Shown piece by piece: positions 39,601 to 52,159 of a stretch of 64,000 nt of DNA; position 1 is the stretch's first letter, and each line of letters starts with the position of its first letter. This DNA comes from Vicugna vicugna. Lineage: Eukaryota. The position numbers and the translations under genes are program-made. The stretch covers positions 312,001 through 376,000 of the forward strand of contig MU058004.1 of NCBI GenBank assembly GCA_013265495.1. The letters run 5' to 3'. The notes under the pieces are model-generated. The model was not told the DNA's origin. It saw only the letters and a list, made by a program, of their open reading frames with translations, and did not search any database.

Positions 39601-42600
39601 GGAGCTCTCTGATGGGCGGTGCCCTCCCCTGTGTCCACAGCCAGTGTGCCTGGACCTGCCGGGGGCTGCCCAGGGCTCTGCAGGGCCTGACCTCCCTGCA
39701 CATGAACCCTCCCTGGGCACTGTCCCAGACCCCTCCCTCCGGCAGGTCCAGGGGAGAGATGGCTTCCTGGGATGCAGGTCACAGGCCGGCTGGGTCTCTC
39801 ATGGTCCACAGAAGGCTGGGGATCGTGACCACATCCTGCCAGGCCCCAGGCATTGCCTGGTGACACCTGCCAGGGTGCCTGGTGCCCACTCGAGATAGAA
39901 GCTGCTCCTAGGGTGCTGCTACCAGGCACTGACCACACCCTGAGTGGGACTCCTGATTACAGAGGCCGGCCATCTGGGAAGGGAGCGCGGAAGCACACGT
40001 GTGTGCACGGGGCGGGGGGGGGGGCCAATCTGCAGGAAGTCCCCCACAGCTCTTTCTCTCGGTCAGTCGGTCGGTTGGTCGGTCAGTCGGTCGGGTGAAG
40101 CCCACCCTCCTGAACATCTTGAGGAAGGGCTGGCGACAGGTGAACCTGAGGTCTTGCACTTCCTCCAGCATCTTTATTTTCCAAGGCAGTCGTCAGGCTG
40201 TGGGATTCCGGCTGCTGTCACCGCAAAGCATCTGCTGCCTCCCTTTGCAGCCCCTTTGCTGCTGACAAGCTGGAAGCCATTTTGATTCTTACTCTTCGGG
40301 TGGAAACTGCTCTCTCAAGGATCCTTGGTTCCTCTCCTCGTCACCAGTACCTGACAATTCCCCAGGGAGGTGCCCGGGGTGAGTCTCCTGCCACCCCCTG
40401 GGTAGGATGGGGCTGTCTCAGGATGGAAGCTTGGGTCCACCGCCCTGGGCGCGGCCTTCGGCTTCTGCTCTATGATTCCATCCTGTCTCCTCCCTTCTCT
40501 TAGATCTCAGATCTGGTCTAAACACAGCCCCAAAGCTGCCGGGGTCAGGTGCCCATGATCTCCGCCCTCCTGCCCTCCCCAGGCACCCTGGGGGAGACGC
40601 TGGTCTTGACTGAGTCCCCTTCTGGGCTGCGGCCTCGTTTTGCCCAAGCAGGGTCTGACCCAGGTGGGCAGCAGCCAGGCAGGAGCACCATCTTACTGGT
40701 CCCGAACCCAGGCACTTGGGGCTGCGCCCCCGGCCTCCAGCTCCCATCTGAGCAGCTCTGGGCCCAAGGGCAGAACCATCAGCATGAAGACATGTGCCTA
40801 GAAGAGCACTGTGACTTCACACACCAGCCCCGCCCTCCTCCCAAACCTGCATTTGAGTTGGTTTGTGCTCAACGGGGAGATGGGACCCAGGCACAGGCAT
40901 CCAAGCAGCCCCACGAGCTGTGCGCCCCTCCCCACCGCAGCCAGTCCCCTGCTCTCCGGGTTCTCCCCGCGGCCCCAGCTGGAACCTACATTCGAGGAGC
41001 TGTGACTTCTTAGGAAATATATCTGGGGTATGGCTCGAGGTGGCACCGGCTAAGGCACCGGGGTCGCTGTGCAGAGCAGCGACTGTCCTGCTCACTCAGA
41101 CCCCTTGCTGTGAGTCCTGAGTCCAGTGACGCTGTGGAGAACACAGCCCACAGCCCAATTTGTACCATCACTCCGTGGGTGGGGGAGGCGAGGGGGCTGT
41201 AACGCTGCACAGAAAAGGGGCACCAGGAGGGCGGCCGAGGGCACAGCCCCAGGGAACACGACAGCCCTCCTGAAACCAGGCAGCTGGGGTACGGGCTAGG
41301 GCCTGGCGCCTGGCTGCAGGCCGGGTGTCACCACTGTCCCTCACCCTGGCCTCCACTGGGTCCATGCCCCTCACACGGATGGCTGCTCTGGGGGACAGAA
41401 TTCTGCCACCTGCAGGATTCAGACTTCCCCGCCCACCACAGTCCCCAACACTCTGATCACTGCTTCTGAACAGTTTCTGGGTGTCCACATACATCTGTCC
41501 AAGAGGAGACCCCGCAGGGAGGCAAGGTCTCGCGCAGAGGCTTTTGGAAACAATTTCAACCAGGAGACGATGGGGCGGAGAGAGGAAGCCCCCTTCCCGC
41601 CCCCCGCCAAGTGGGAGACAGGCTCCAGCCATGCTGAGTGGCTCAGCCAGGCCAGGCTCCCGCTGGAAGCTCACTTCCCACAACCCACGGTGCCGTGACC
41701 ACCTCACCTCATAAATGAGGGGTTCAAAGCACAGGTGTCATACCTAAGACTCCCCACCGTGGTCCTCCGGCTGCACGGGCAGCACGTTCCCAGTACACCA
41801 GGGGTGGAGGCTTCTAAGAGGGGTTTCCTAGGTCCTGACCCCTCAGCCGGGGTGCATCAGACACACAGGCCTTGTGTGACATAAACGTGTTCCTCCTGTG
41901 GGAAGGTTGATGCCCTGATAGCATGGATAACGGAGCACGAGACATCTTGTGAAAGTCACGGTCCAGAAACCGGCGCTCTAGTGAGCGGGACTCTGGGAAG
42001 TCACAGGCGGCAGGGTCACAATGTCGGACCCCCAGGCACAGGCCCCTCCACCCACCCACCGTGACTTCTTGGCCCGGGGCCCAGTAGGGGGAAACAGGCC
42101 TTGGCAACTTTTTCCCTAAGGTCCCTGGGCCGGGGGAGGGGACGGTTCCTCTCCACACCACCCTAGCCCACGCTGGGCCCGATCCGGCACCGGAATTTGC
42201 CTGGAAGTTTCACCACAGGCGCCCTGCCGGGCCGGCCCCAAGGAGCACCAGCAGTCCCAGAGCACATTTAGAAATCTTCCTCAACTGAAGCGTTCTTCTT
42301 GCATCATCTTTGGTCAAATATCCTTTGTGCAGAGAAGTTTTATTTACTTTTCCATGCCACTACCGCTGCCACCGCAATGAAGAAACATCAGTAAATGGGA
42401 GTCATAAAAACTTGGGACCACCAAGTTGCAAAGATGTATGTTTTCACCTGACAGTGAAACCACAGGTAGACTGTCTAGTTAGGGTGAGAAGTGTACATTG
42501 ATAGCTTGTGTTTGTTTTTAAAATTAAATTAATCCTGGATAAGAGTTGCATTTTTTTGGGGGGAGTCAGTCCTTGACCACTAGTTCAATACTCATTCTGG

Positions 42601-43879
42601 GTGACCTGTTTCACTAGCAGGCCTGTTACTCTCCATGACAAACTGTGTAAGTGCTTATTATGGAATAAATTGCTTTTCTACATTAAAAAAGTGAGAGTAA
42701 TTTTAAAAAGGTAGGGATTAAAATGATTTTTTTAAATGTCATAGTCCTCTCTTCCTCCCTACAAAAGCCTGAACTCTGAAGGCACCAGCTCCGCTTCTGA
42801 ATCCCACTGAGGGGCCCTGACCTGCGAACAGAAACAGGGAGAAACGAATGCAGCCTCCCAGGCCCGCCCCGCTGAGACACTGTGTCCCCTCTGACACTGG
42901 CATTCTCCAAGTCTTAAGCCAGAACCAGAAGGTGGCCACCAATCTGCTTCTTGCCTGAAATGGAATTCCACAGTCACTTTCAACCTCCGTTCCCGTTGAC
43001 CAGACCTCACGGCGACAGGACAGCAGTTCGACTGGACCCGAGTCAGGCAGCAGCAAGTCCTCAGGCCACCGCTGCTCGGAGACTGAAGACCCCCCCACCA
43101 GTCTGTTGAATAAGGCCTAGAAAAGCAGCTGAACCCATGTGTTGTCACAACATGTTATAAAGGTTTCTTGGCAAACAGCTAAGATACACATTGAATCATG
43201 ATTTAAATGAGGGAAATACAGTCTCATGAATCACTGAAACCACTAAAAATTTACTCAAATGTTTATGCAAAAGGATTTATAAGCATCACTGCCATTCACG
43301 GATACGTCTCACTACCGCAAGACCGGTGGCAGGAAACACGCTGGCTTAGCGATGGTTTCTAAGATGACAATTCACAAGCTTTAGAGGTCGCCCTTGAAGG
43401 GCTGCTGACAGCTCCTAAACTTATCAGGGACACCCTGAGGCTAGCGGTTTGGTCCCTCCCAGAACCCAAAGGAAAGGGAATGTGCCCGGGACTGGTCCTC
43501 TCAAGGCTCCCATGGCTTCCCGTCCAGGCCTGTCTGCCCCATCGAGAAGCCAGAACAGCAGTCCCTCCCGGATAGGAGACACGCCCCCCCACCCCCGCCT
43601 GCAGGGCAGTTGCATGGGGGTCGGGCCCACGCTCCATGGGTCCCTGTGTTCACGCCAAAGTTCTAGGGCAGTTTCATACAGCTACGAAGCCTACTGAAAT
43701 GCACCCTCCGGGGACAAGACCCTTCTGGGCTGGTCCGTGCTCCACAAGACCTGGCATATGGTCTGAAGCTCCCCGGGGGTGAGGAGAGGGCAGGTCCCCG
43801 AAAGGGGCTGCACGGGAGCGCGAGGCCAGCAGAGGAATCTTGTGGGACCTAGGACGAAGCCTCCCTCACGCGACACAGC

Positions 43880-44218
43880 TCATCGGACAAGATTCCTCAT
43901 GATGCTGAGGGAGGAGCCTCGGTACCCTGACCCGAAGTGGTTCCAGTGGTTCAGGTAGTGAAAGAGCTGGTACAGCTGGAGGCGCTGCTGGAAGCCAGGG
44001 GCCTGGGGGATTTGGCGGTGGTAGGCGGAGTAGAAGTTGCTGCTGAAGCCCCCAAACATGCCAGCAATGGCCAGCTCGTACTCTGAGTGGCCGTAGAAAG
44101 AGGCCGGGTCAAAAATGATGGGTCCCGAGGCATCCTCTGCCACGTTTCCTCCCCAGAGGTCTCCGTGGAGCAGGGCTGGGACGATGTCCAGGTCACGGAA
44201 CAGGTCGGGGATCTTGAG
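43880..44218 (-). CDS. FN3KRP: FN3KRP exon 6 (339 bp coding including stop)
   Basis: [25 protein letters not shown]...[23 protein letters not shown], stop TGA. Confidence 0.97.
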   Translation of the reverse strand, partial: LKIPDLFRDLDIVPALLHGDLWGGNVAEDASGPIIFDPASFYGHSEYELAIAGMFGGFSSNFYSAYHRQIPQAPGFQQRLQLYQLFHYLNHWNHFGSGYRGSSLSIMRNLVR

Positions 44219-47200
44219 CTGTGGGGGAAACACACCCTCAGCAAAGTGACCAGCAGTGCAGGGGACGCAGGGGCTTTTCCAAGCGTGGCTGCCCGATCTG
44301 AGCAGAGCCTGGAGCACAGGTGCCCATGACGCACATGGCCCAGGCTGGGCACAGGGATGCCTCCTGTCCAGACTCAGACCCGTCCAGGCTGCACCGACCT
44401 CGGCGCCACCCCGGTGGGGCCAGGGCACACGCGCCCGGGCACCGGGGCACACTCACCTGCAGAGCAGACCAGAGCTCACGGGCCTCCCTGTCCCCAGACC
44501 CCCGCTCCAGCATGTCTATCTGGGGCTGGATGCGCTGCCGGGCGTAGAACGTGACCCAGTCCTGCTGCCAGTCGTTCACCTGTGCGGGCGACACGGAGCT
44601 CAGAGGAAACCACCAGAGCTGAAGGAGGGGCCCGGGGAAAGGTCAGCCATCAGAGACGCCACTGCAGGGATGTATGAGGAGTGGAACTGGCCGGGCAGCC
44701 TGGTCTCAAGGACGTGCCGGGACCTCAGATCCCACCCCAAGAGCAGCAGGGTCCACTATGAAGAGCCCAAGGACATTTTCTCTCAATCCAGTCACTCAGA
44801 CACAGAGCCAGGGCAGGCAGCCCTCCCTGACCCCATGGCTCATTTCTGACCACCCAGCCTCCACAGAGGACCCTCCTCCTTGGGCCCTCTGAGCACCACC
44901 CTCCCAGGGAGGGAGGAGGGGAGGGCTACCACAAGAGAGGACGGCTGGCCTCAGGTGCTGACATCCAGAAGGGAGACAAGACAAGTGCACACAAGAGCAG
45001 CACCACACAGGCCACAGCGTGACTCTCACCACACATACACACACGAGCAGTGACCCCAGAGCAGCAGGACCAGGAATCCCAGCTCTCAGCCACTCACTGC
45101 CCCAAGCAGGGCCCCAGACAACCTCCTGCAACGTATCAAAATCTGAACGGCATCTCCCCACCTGGTAGATTACTCACTGCCCCCACCTGAGAAGCCACCG
45201 GCCTGTCCACGTGGGCGAGTACAGCTCCCCAGGCTGAAACCCCCAGGGCAGCCAACCACAGAATTGTAAAACTCAAAGTCACAGCCCCTTTTCACTGTGC
45301 CACCTCTGAGAGTTTCCTATTTAAAATAAAACATTGTCTAACCTTCTATTTTCACCCACCTTGAAATCCAGCACCCTAACCTGCCGGTCCTTCTCTGCTC
45401 TTCCAAGCTTACCCAGCACAGGAGGCGGGTGCACCTCATGTCAGCCTCTTAAAATCAGCAAAGGGAAAAAGGAGCAAAGGCCTTTTACTGAGTTTCACGG
45501 AACAAGGAGGATGGTGTGCTTTCTCTGGCTGTTTCCGAACAGCTGGCCTGACTGGGAAATGGAGGCAAATGCCGGTGTCACTCACCTGGGGGAGGTATCC
45601 GCAGCATGTCACCACATCGAACCCAAACTGGTCCACAAATGGCCGCTCCACCCGCTCAGCTCCCTTCCCTTGCAAGTAAAAGGAAACGAGAAAGGTGACC
45701 GTCCCGTGCCCCCACAGGCCCGCTCTTGGAGCTCAGAGTAGCTTTGGGGCCTGACCCCAGGGTGCCCTTTCCCACCAGGCGTCCCCACCCAGAGACAAAC
45801 AAGGGCCCTGGTCTCTACCGACCCTCAGGCCCTGGGAACAGAACCTGTCCCTTCAGACTGAACAGTCCAGACACCCACTCCTTCCCCGGAGAGGCATCAG
45901 CGGACGCTCAGAGCCACAACACTGTCCAAAAAAGAGGGGAAATCCACTGGTGACCCACCAGGAAAGGACGGCTCTCAGTGGCCGGTCCCGCACCTGCCGC
46001 CTGTGGGAGACAGACTGCTGTGCTGGCGCGTGGTCTCATCCTCTGCAGCTCCCCAAGCTCGGAGCGCAGCCTGAAGGACTGGTCCGCAGGGCTCGGGAGG
46101 GACAAGGCCTGCCTGTCTGTCTAGCACAGCCGATCCTTGGTCACCTGTTCCCAGTGCGCCAGCTACTCTGGCCAGCAGAGCGGCCACACGGGCTGCACGT
46201 GGATTATCAAATGTCAAGGACCCAGACGACACCCTCAGTGCTAGCACCACAGTAAACTCTGAAAAGGTGGGACAGGAGGGCTCCCCTGCCGAGCCTCACG
46301 CCTGACTGTTCTCAGAAGAGAAGGCATGGAAAGCCGGGGGAACTCTGGCAGGCTTTCTTCTGAGCGACAGGTCAAAGAAACCGTAATGCGCCGGGGTCTC
46401 GAGTTTAGGAAGTGTCTCGTCTTTCACCTGCACTTTCTGCACAGTGCCTAACTGTGCTCACTGCGCCCCAAACACGTAGTGGGGGGGACACGCCTTTCCT
46501 CGGGAAGCAACACAGGTCTGACGGTCCATGGCGGCAGCAAAGGCCCACCCGCACACCCAGCCTGGCCAGACGTCCGCCGGGCGGTCCCTCAGGCCCCGGG
46601 CCATACCCACTGTGCCGGCCTCCTTGCGGAGGGCCTCCCCACGCCTCCTGTTCTCCAGGTGCAGGTCCGCCAGCTGGGCTCCAAGCTTGGCAGCGTGACT
46701 GTGGGACCAAAGGCAGCCACTCAGCGCATGACACAAACAGGGACACCCTCCATCTGGAAGGTCTCGGGCACACCAAGTGGTGAGGCACTGGGGACACAAA
46801 GTTTGTCCTGGTGAAGCAAGGGGGAGATGGAGGGCCCCATCTGAGCCAGCAGCCGGGTCCCCAGTCATGTCTCACCTGGAGGGTCCTTTCCTGTTTGCCT
46901 TTGGCTCGATCACATCCCTCAAAATTATACCCCCAAATGCAAGCTCTCCACTTGGGAAAACAGAGCCCCCAGGGAGGCGCCAAGACGCACCTACTCAGGC
47001 TCTGCATGTCCAGATGCTCCATCACCAGCACGCTGCCACCCCCCGGGGCCTCCAGGACCTTGATGGGCTTGGGCACCCTCACTGTGCCCGTCTCCAGGAT
47101 GGCAGTCAGACTCGCCATCTCCCCCTCAAACATTCTTCTGGCCTGTCAGAGAAATAACAGAGGACAGAGAACAAGGTCTCTTCCAGAAAAGTCCTCTCAG

Positions 47201-50200
47201 CATCGCAACCGTAAACCAAGGCTTCCTGGCTGCTGACTTACTGGGCACGGACGGCTCGTCTGCCTTCCGCAGCACAGACTCTCGTTCTGAAGCCGTATGG
47301 GAATTAGAATGTTCAATAGTGTATGTTTCTACGCTATCACTGGTTCCGGTCTCCCCAGAGGGAGGAGAGTGTGCTGGCTCAGAGCTGGACTGTTTCTGGG
47401 TCGCCCTCAGACAGCACCTCCACCACAGTGCTGTCCCACCTGGGACCTCATCTGCCAGGAACCTGGAGTCACTTCTCACCCAAATGGACCATCAAGTCCC
47501 ATGGCATGTCCTGGATGGACCCAGCTGGAGCCACCTCACCTCGACCACATTCTCAGCTTCTAGTCCAAAAGTCCTTGTTCCCCTGCACGGGAGCAACCAT
47601 TCTCCACCTGGTCTCTGCTTGACATACCCGAGTGATACTTTTGGAAGGCAAATTCCACCATGCAACACACCCGAGCTGGCGGCCCTGCCCACTTCGCCGT
47701 GTAACCGCCCCACAGCTTCTGGTTCCAGCCCACTTTCCTCTGCTGTCTGGGCCTCCTGGGCCCCTCCCCAACACTGACAGAAGCACACACGCCCTACAAG
47801 TTCCCCTTCATTCCCCAAAGACCCCCTGCCTGCTCCCACCTAGCCGCCTCCACATGCCATGTCACCTCCGCTTAGAACACTCTTCCTCCTTCTTTTGCCA
47901 AGTCAGCCCCTGCCCAGTCGGGCTTCAGATTCCAACTTAACATCAGCTTTGATTTCTCAGAGAAATCTTCCCTAACTCACCAAGCTAGGTAATTCCTCCT
48001 TTTAAAATATTTTTTTTCAAATAAAAATGCTACAGAAGTACATGAAAAAAAACCCACACAACTAAGCAGCATACAGAATTCCAGTTCTCCCACAGTCAGC
48101 ACGCCCGCAGGACTGCCAGCCAGATTAGGACGGCCACCACTGCCCGGAGGCTCCCCAGCCCCCAGGCGCTGCCGGTGCCCCCAACGGCGGGGCTATCTGT
48201 CTGCTCATCATTGGCACAGAGGCAGATGGCCAGGCCTGCCTGGTCCACGCCACACCAGCAGCCACTGCTTCTCACCGCTGCCCGAAGCCCCACTGTGTGA
48301 ACATCCCAACCAAATCCATCCAATCGGCTGGGCCTCCAGTTTGGGGTCACTACAAACAGTGCTGCCACGGGCATTCTACATCACAGTTACTAACCCTGTA
48401 ACCCTGGCTTCCTCATCTGTAAGATGGGTTAGCAGTAGTACCTGTCTCACAGGCTGGCCGCCATAATTAACTCAGCTAGCGGCTAACACCTACCTACACA
48501 GTTGTTCTGAACACTCCACAGGTATTATTACTACACTACCCTGGAGAGCTAGAGTTGCTGAGAAACAAGATGTCTTTTTTTTTTTTAAATGTAGGTACTG
48601 GGGATTGAACTGAGGACCTTGTGCATGCTAAGTATACACTCTACCACTGAGCTACACCCTCCCCCCAAGAACCGTGTCTTAAGGAGAATTTTCAGAGCAT
48701 TCTCTTTAGAAGACAAAGAAACACAACTGGGCCCTGGCTGTACTTTGTACTAAAGCACTGGTTGAGCAGCGTAAAGTAAGGGATAGAATTTTTTAAACTT
48801 TTTAATTAAAAAAAAAAGAACATGTGGGGAGAGGTGAAGGAGGATCTGTGCACCCAGGCAGAGGCAAGGCTCCCTCACGGTGATTCGCACAGGTCCAGAG
48901 CATCTAACTAGACCCAAGAACACTGCTCCTCAGTCGTCACCATCACTGGGGGTGCAGGCTGCAAAAGATCCAGACCCTGAGGGAGGAATGTGTGAGAAAA
49001 CACAGCCTGCAAAGGACAGATGAGTGAAATCAGGAGGAAAAACAATGCAGATCAGGCCACTGAAGCAGAGAGTGAGGTAGAAACAGAAGACCAGGTGGTT
49101 CTCTTACAAGCAGGGAAGGGGACATTCTCGCCTCCTAGGAGGTAAAGCAGGAAGAGTCCTATCTTCCCTACGACTGGCAAATGTTTATGCCGTGGCTGGT
49201 GCATCTGCACAACTCACACAGCATGTTTCAGAGCCAACTAGAAAAAGACATGGTTGAAACTGTCTACCAGAGGAGTAGAAGGAACTTCTGTGATGATTAA
49301 CAAAAAGGAAATGGACTTTGGTGACAAAATAAAAAGCAAGAACCCGAGGGAACAGCAGCAGAAGAACAATGTTTAAAAGGCATCACTGAGTAGTTCCATT
49401 TAATCATTAGAAAATATCTGCTTCCCTATAATCTACACCAAGTTTTTACTATTACAAATGCTGATCAGAGTGGAAACACAAACATGAAAAGGACTAACGC
49501 CACAGAGAGGAAAAGAATCCAGAGGAGGCCTGCGGTGGGAAGGAAGGAAGGAAGGAAGGAAGGAAGGAAGGAAGGACGCCACCACTGCATGAGCACTGCT
49601 GGGGGGAAGTCGGTTTAAAGAGCGACTTCACGGACCACTAGCTGCCACATTCCTACAGAGGGACGTGCAGGGTGACACAGCAGCCCATTTCTGTAGAACA
49701 AAGGTTAACTTTGGTCCTGAGAGAACAGTAGGGTTTCAGAAAGAGATCATCCCACACCACAGAAGGTGGAATTCATTTCTGGGAAGGAAATGAAAATACC
49801 TGCAAGAGGATTTCCAAAAAGGAGACAAGAGCACCGAGCACCGAGGCCACCCTGGGCCTCCCAGCTGACAGTCCGGAGTGGGCCACCAGAACTGGATGAA
49901 GAAGTGACATCAACACCCAGGAGTAAGCATTTCAGCAGGGAGGCTCACTCAAGTTCTACAGGAGCCCTTGAGAAAACGTTTAGATACAGAAGGGGGGCGT
50001 GGCTGACACCGACGCAGTGTGTTGCGCCCCCCCAAATCATAGGGTGAAACCTAACCCCCAGAGCCACAATGTTTGGAGGCTGGGCCTTAGGCCGTGACTT
50101 GGCTGTAGGGGTGGAGCCCTCATGTGGGGATTAGAGCCCCTGTGCGACCTCAGAGAGCTCTCTTGCCCCTCGGCCAGTGAGGACTTGGGAAGACGTAGCC

Positions 50201-50941
50201 TCTGCATCTGTCCAGCCTCCAGACTCCGAGAAAGACATGTTTGTGTTCTAAGCCTCCCGGTCTGTGCTGTCCTGTTACAGCAGCCCCAGCGGACCAAGTC
50301 GTGGCTAGATAACTTTAATATTCAGAAACGGTTTTGATCTCTGAAAATTCAAATAACCCCCAGGACAACAGGCTGCTACCACCTGTCCTTGTTCAAAACT
50401 CGCCAAGCAGAATGGACTTTCTCGAAGGAGCGGGCACATGGAATGCGGGAAAGCCGTCCGCAGCACCTACGCGGCAGCGAGTCACGAGGCAGACAGGACC
50501 CGCGCTGACCTGGCACAGGGCGGAGCTGCGGTCCCAGAAAAATGCCAGGCCAGCCCGACGACGAGACGGGCCACCAAGCGCCCGGGCGGCCGCGGCCCCG
50601 GGCTGGGACGGCCTGGCCCGCCCCGGACCCCGGGCCCAGACCCCCAGCCCGGACCGGCTCCCGACCCCACAACGGCCCGGACCCCAGACTCGGACCCCGA
50701 CCCCGATTCCAGACCACCCTGGACCTCCAGCCCCCTCTCCCTTAGGCCGGCCCCGGGTCCACAGACCCCCGCCCCGCCCCCCGCGCGCGGCGGCCCTGAC
50801 CTCCGCCTTGTGGTTCACTTTCACAAACACGCGTCCTTTGTCCGTGTCGTAGCTCTGACCCTGGCTGATGCACCCGCCCCCCGAGTGACCCATGGCCTTG
50901 ACGGAGCTGCAGCCCAGCTCCCGCTTCAGCAGCGCCTCCAT
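43880..50941 (-). CDS. FN3KRP: Fructosamine-3-kinase-related protein (ketosamine-3-kinase), complete, 6 exons, 309 aa
   Basis: Join 50801-50941, 46991-47142, 46607-46698, 45586-45668, 44457-44579, 43880-44218 = 930 bp. [28 protein letters not shown]...HGDLWGGN...[13 protein letters not shown]...MRNLVR*. Exon lengths identical to FN3K. Confidence 0.97.
44457..44579 (-). CDS. FN3KRP: FN3KRP exon 5 (123 bp)
   Basis: [45 protein letters not shown] flanks. Confidence 0.96.
45586..45668 (-). CDS. FN3KRP: FN3KRP exon 4 (83 bp)
   Basis: [27 protein letters not shown]; aag acceptor, gtgagt donor. Confidence 0.94.
46607..46698 (-). CDS. FN3KRP: FN3KRP exon 3 (92 bp)
   Basis: [34 protein letters not shown] flanks. 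Confidence 0.95.
46991..47142 (-). CDS. FN3KRP: FN3KRP exon 2 (152 bp)
   Basis: [54 protein letters not shown] flanks. Confidence 0.96.
48575..48666 (-). mobile_element. tRNA-derived SINE (Vic-1-like)
   Basis: Reverse complement of the same SINE head (ggggattgaactgaggaccttgtgcatgct...ccactgagctacaccctcccc) preceded by poly(T). Confidence 0.85.
49538..49576 (+). repeat. (GGAA)9 microsatellite in FN3KRP intron 1
   Basis: Direct count of perfect units. Confidence 0.95.
50015..50300. mobile_element. MaLR (MLT1-like) LTR fragment
   Basis: ccccccaaatcatagggtgaaacctaacccc...tccagcctccagactccgagaaa...taagcctcccggtctgtg...gttacagcagccc. Confidence 0.7.
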
Positions 50942-51300
50942 GTTCCCCGCGCCCGGGACGCCGACCCGCCTCAGGCCTCACGGAGACGCAGCGACAGCAC
51001 AGGGGCGCGCGGGGAGTGGGTGGGGGCGGGAGAGGCGGGGCCGGGCCCCCAGAACGCGCGGGGATTGGGGGGGAGGAAAGGGGAGGGACCAGACCGCGGC
51101 AGCGCTCGATGATTGGGTAGGCGGCGGGAGGGGCGGGACCTGGCCGCCGGGGGCGGGAGGGGATGGGAGGGGCGGGACCAGGACGCGGAAGCGCGCGGGG
51201 ACTGGGGGAGGGGCGGGACGGCGTTGAATGGGGGCAGGGCCTGCTGTGTTCCCCACCCGCCGTGAGCCCCTGGTGACCCTCCTCCCTGGGGCTCGCCCTG
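50430..51300. promoter_or_regulatory. CpG island / FN3KRP promoter
   Basis: CpG-rich, many GGGCGG boxes; CCAAT on the minus strand at 51064-51068 and 51112-51116. Confidence 0.85.
50801..50941 (-). CDS. FN3KRP: FN3KRP exon 1 (141 bp coding)
   Basis: [49 protein letters not shown] donor. Confidence 0.96.
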
Positions 51301-51560
51301 GCCTTTCCGCTGACCCTGTCTGTAACCTGCCCTTGACCTTGTGCGGCCCGCCCTTGCCTGGGGCACACTCCCTACCCGGCCCCTCCCGGCTTCCCTCCTC
51401 ACCTGTTGGGCTCCAGGTGAGAGCATCTCCTGTCACAGGGTGGCTCCTGCAACACTTGCAGGGGTCCTATCTTTTCTGTTTGCACACGACTGTCCAATTG
51501 GCATCAATCCCCCCAACTAGACTTTAGTGGTTTGAGAGCAGAATAAAGTCTGCCTTGCTC

Positions 51561-52004
51561 TGTCCACTGGAGAAAAGTCACAAGCTGTTAAGTTGAGAAT
51601 TACATTTTACTGAGTCCTTAAGCTTAGGGGGGGGGCTCTCAGGTAGCTCTGAGGGACTGCTCGGAAGAGGTAAGGGAGGAGCCAGGATATAAAGGAGTTT
51701 CAGCAAAAGAAAAAAGTAGTCAAACATCAAAAGATTACTGCTCATTAAAGAAACCAGACATCTCGAGTTACTGAACTTAGCACTTTTCTATGTATGGGAA
51801 GACGCAGGTGTGTGTGCTTAATGAAACCCTTCTTTTTTTTTGAAACCCTTCCTTTGATGTGCACCTTAGCTGTCTGGGGCCAGTGTCCTGTTCTCTCCAC
51901 CCTGAGTCCCCTCAGGGGCACCCTCGGGGCACTGCAAGGGCTGATAACTTGAAAGCCTCAACATCCATTGTTTTCTGATACGCAGGCGGTGTTCTTTGTC
52001 CACA
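51561..52004. mobile_element. Solo ERV LTR (ERV1 class, MER41-like), 444 bp
   Basis: TG...CA termini and a 4-bp TSD GCTC (51557-51560 / 52005-52008); family name from recalled similarity only. Confidence 0.75.
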
Positions 52005-52010
52005 GCTCCC

Positions 52011-52128
52011 TGTGCCAGAAACCAAACCAACCAGATGTATGTGTGTAGAGAGAGAGATTTATCTTAAGGAAACAGTTGTGAAAATTAATAAAGGGAAACC
52101 TTGTTTAAGATGGAGTAGGGATCAAAAC

Positions 52129-52159
<31 letters not shown>

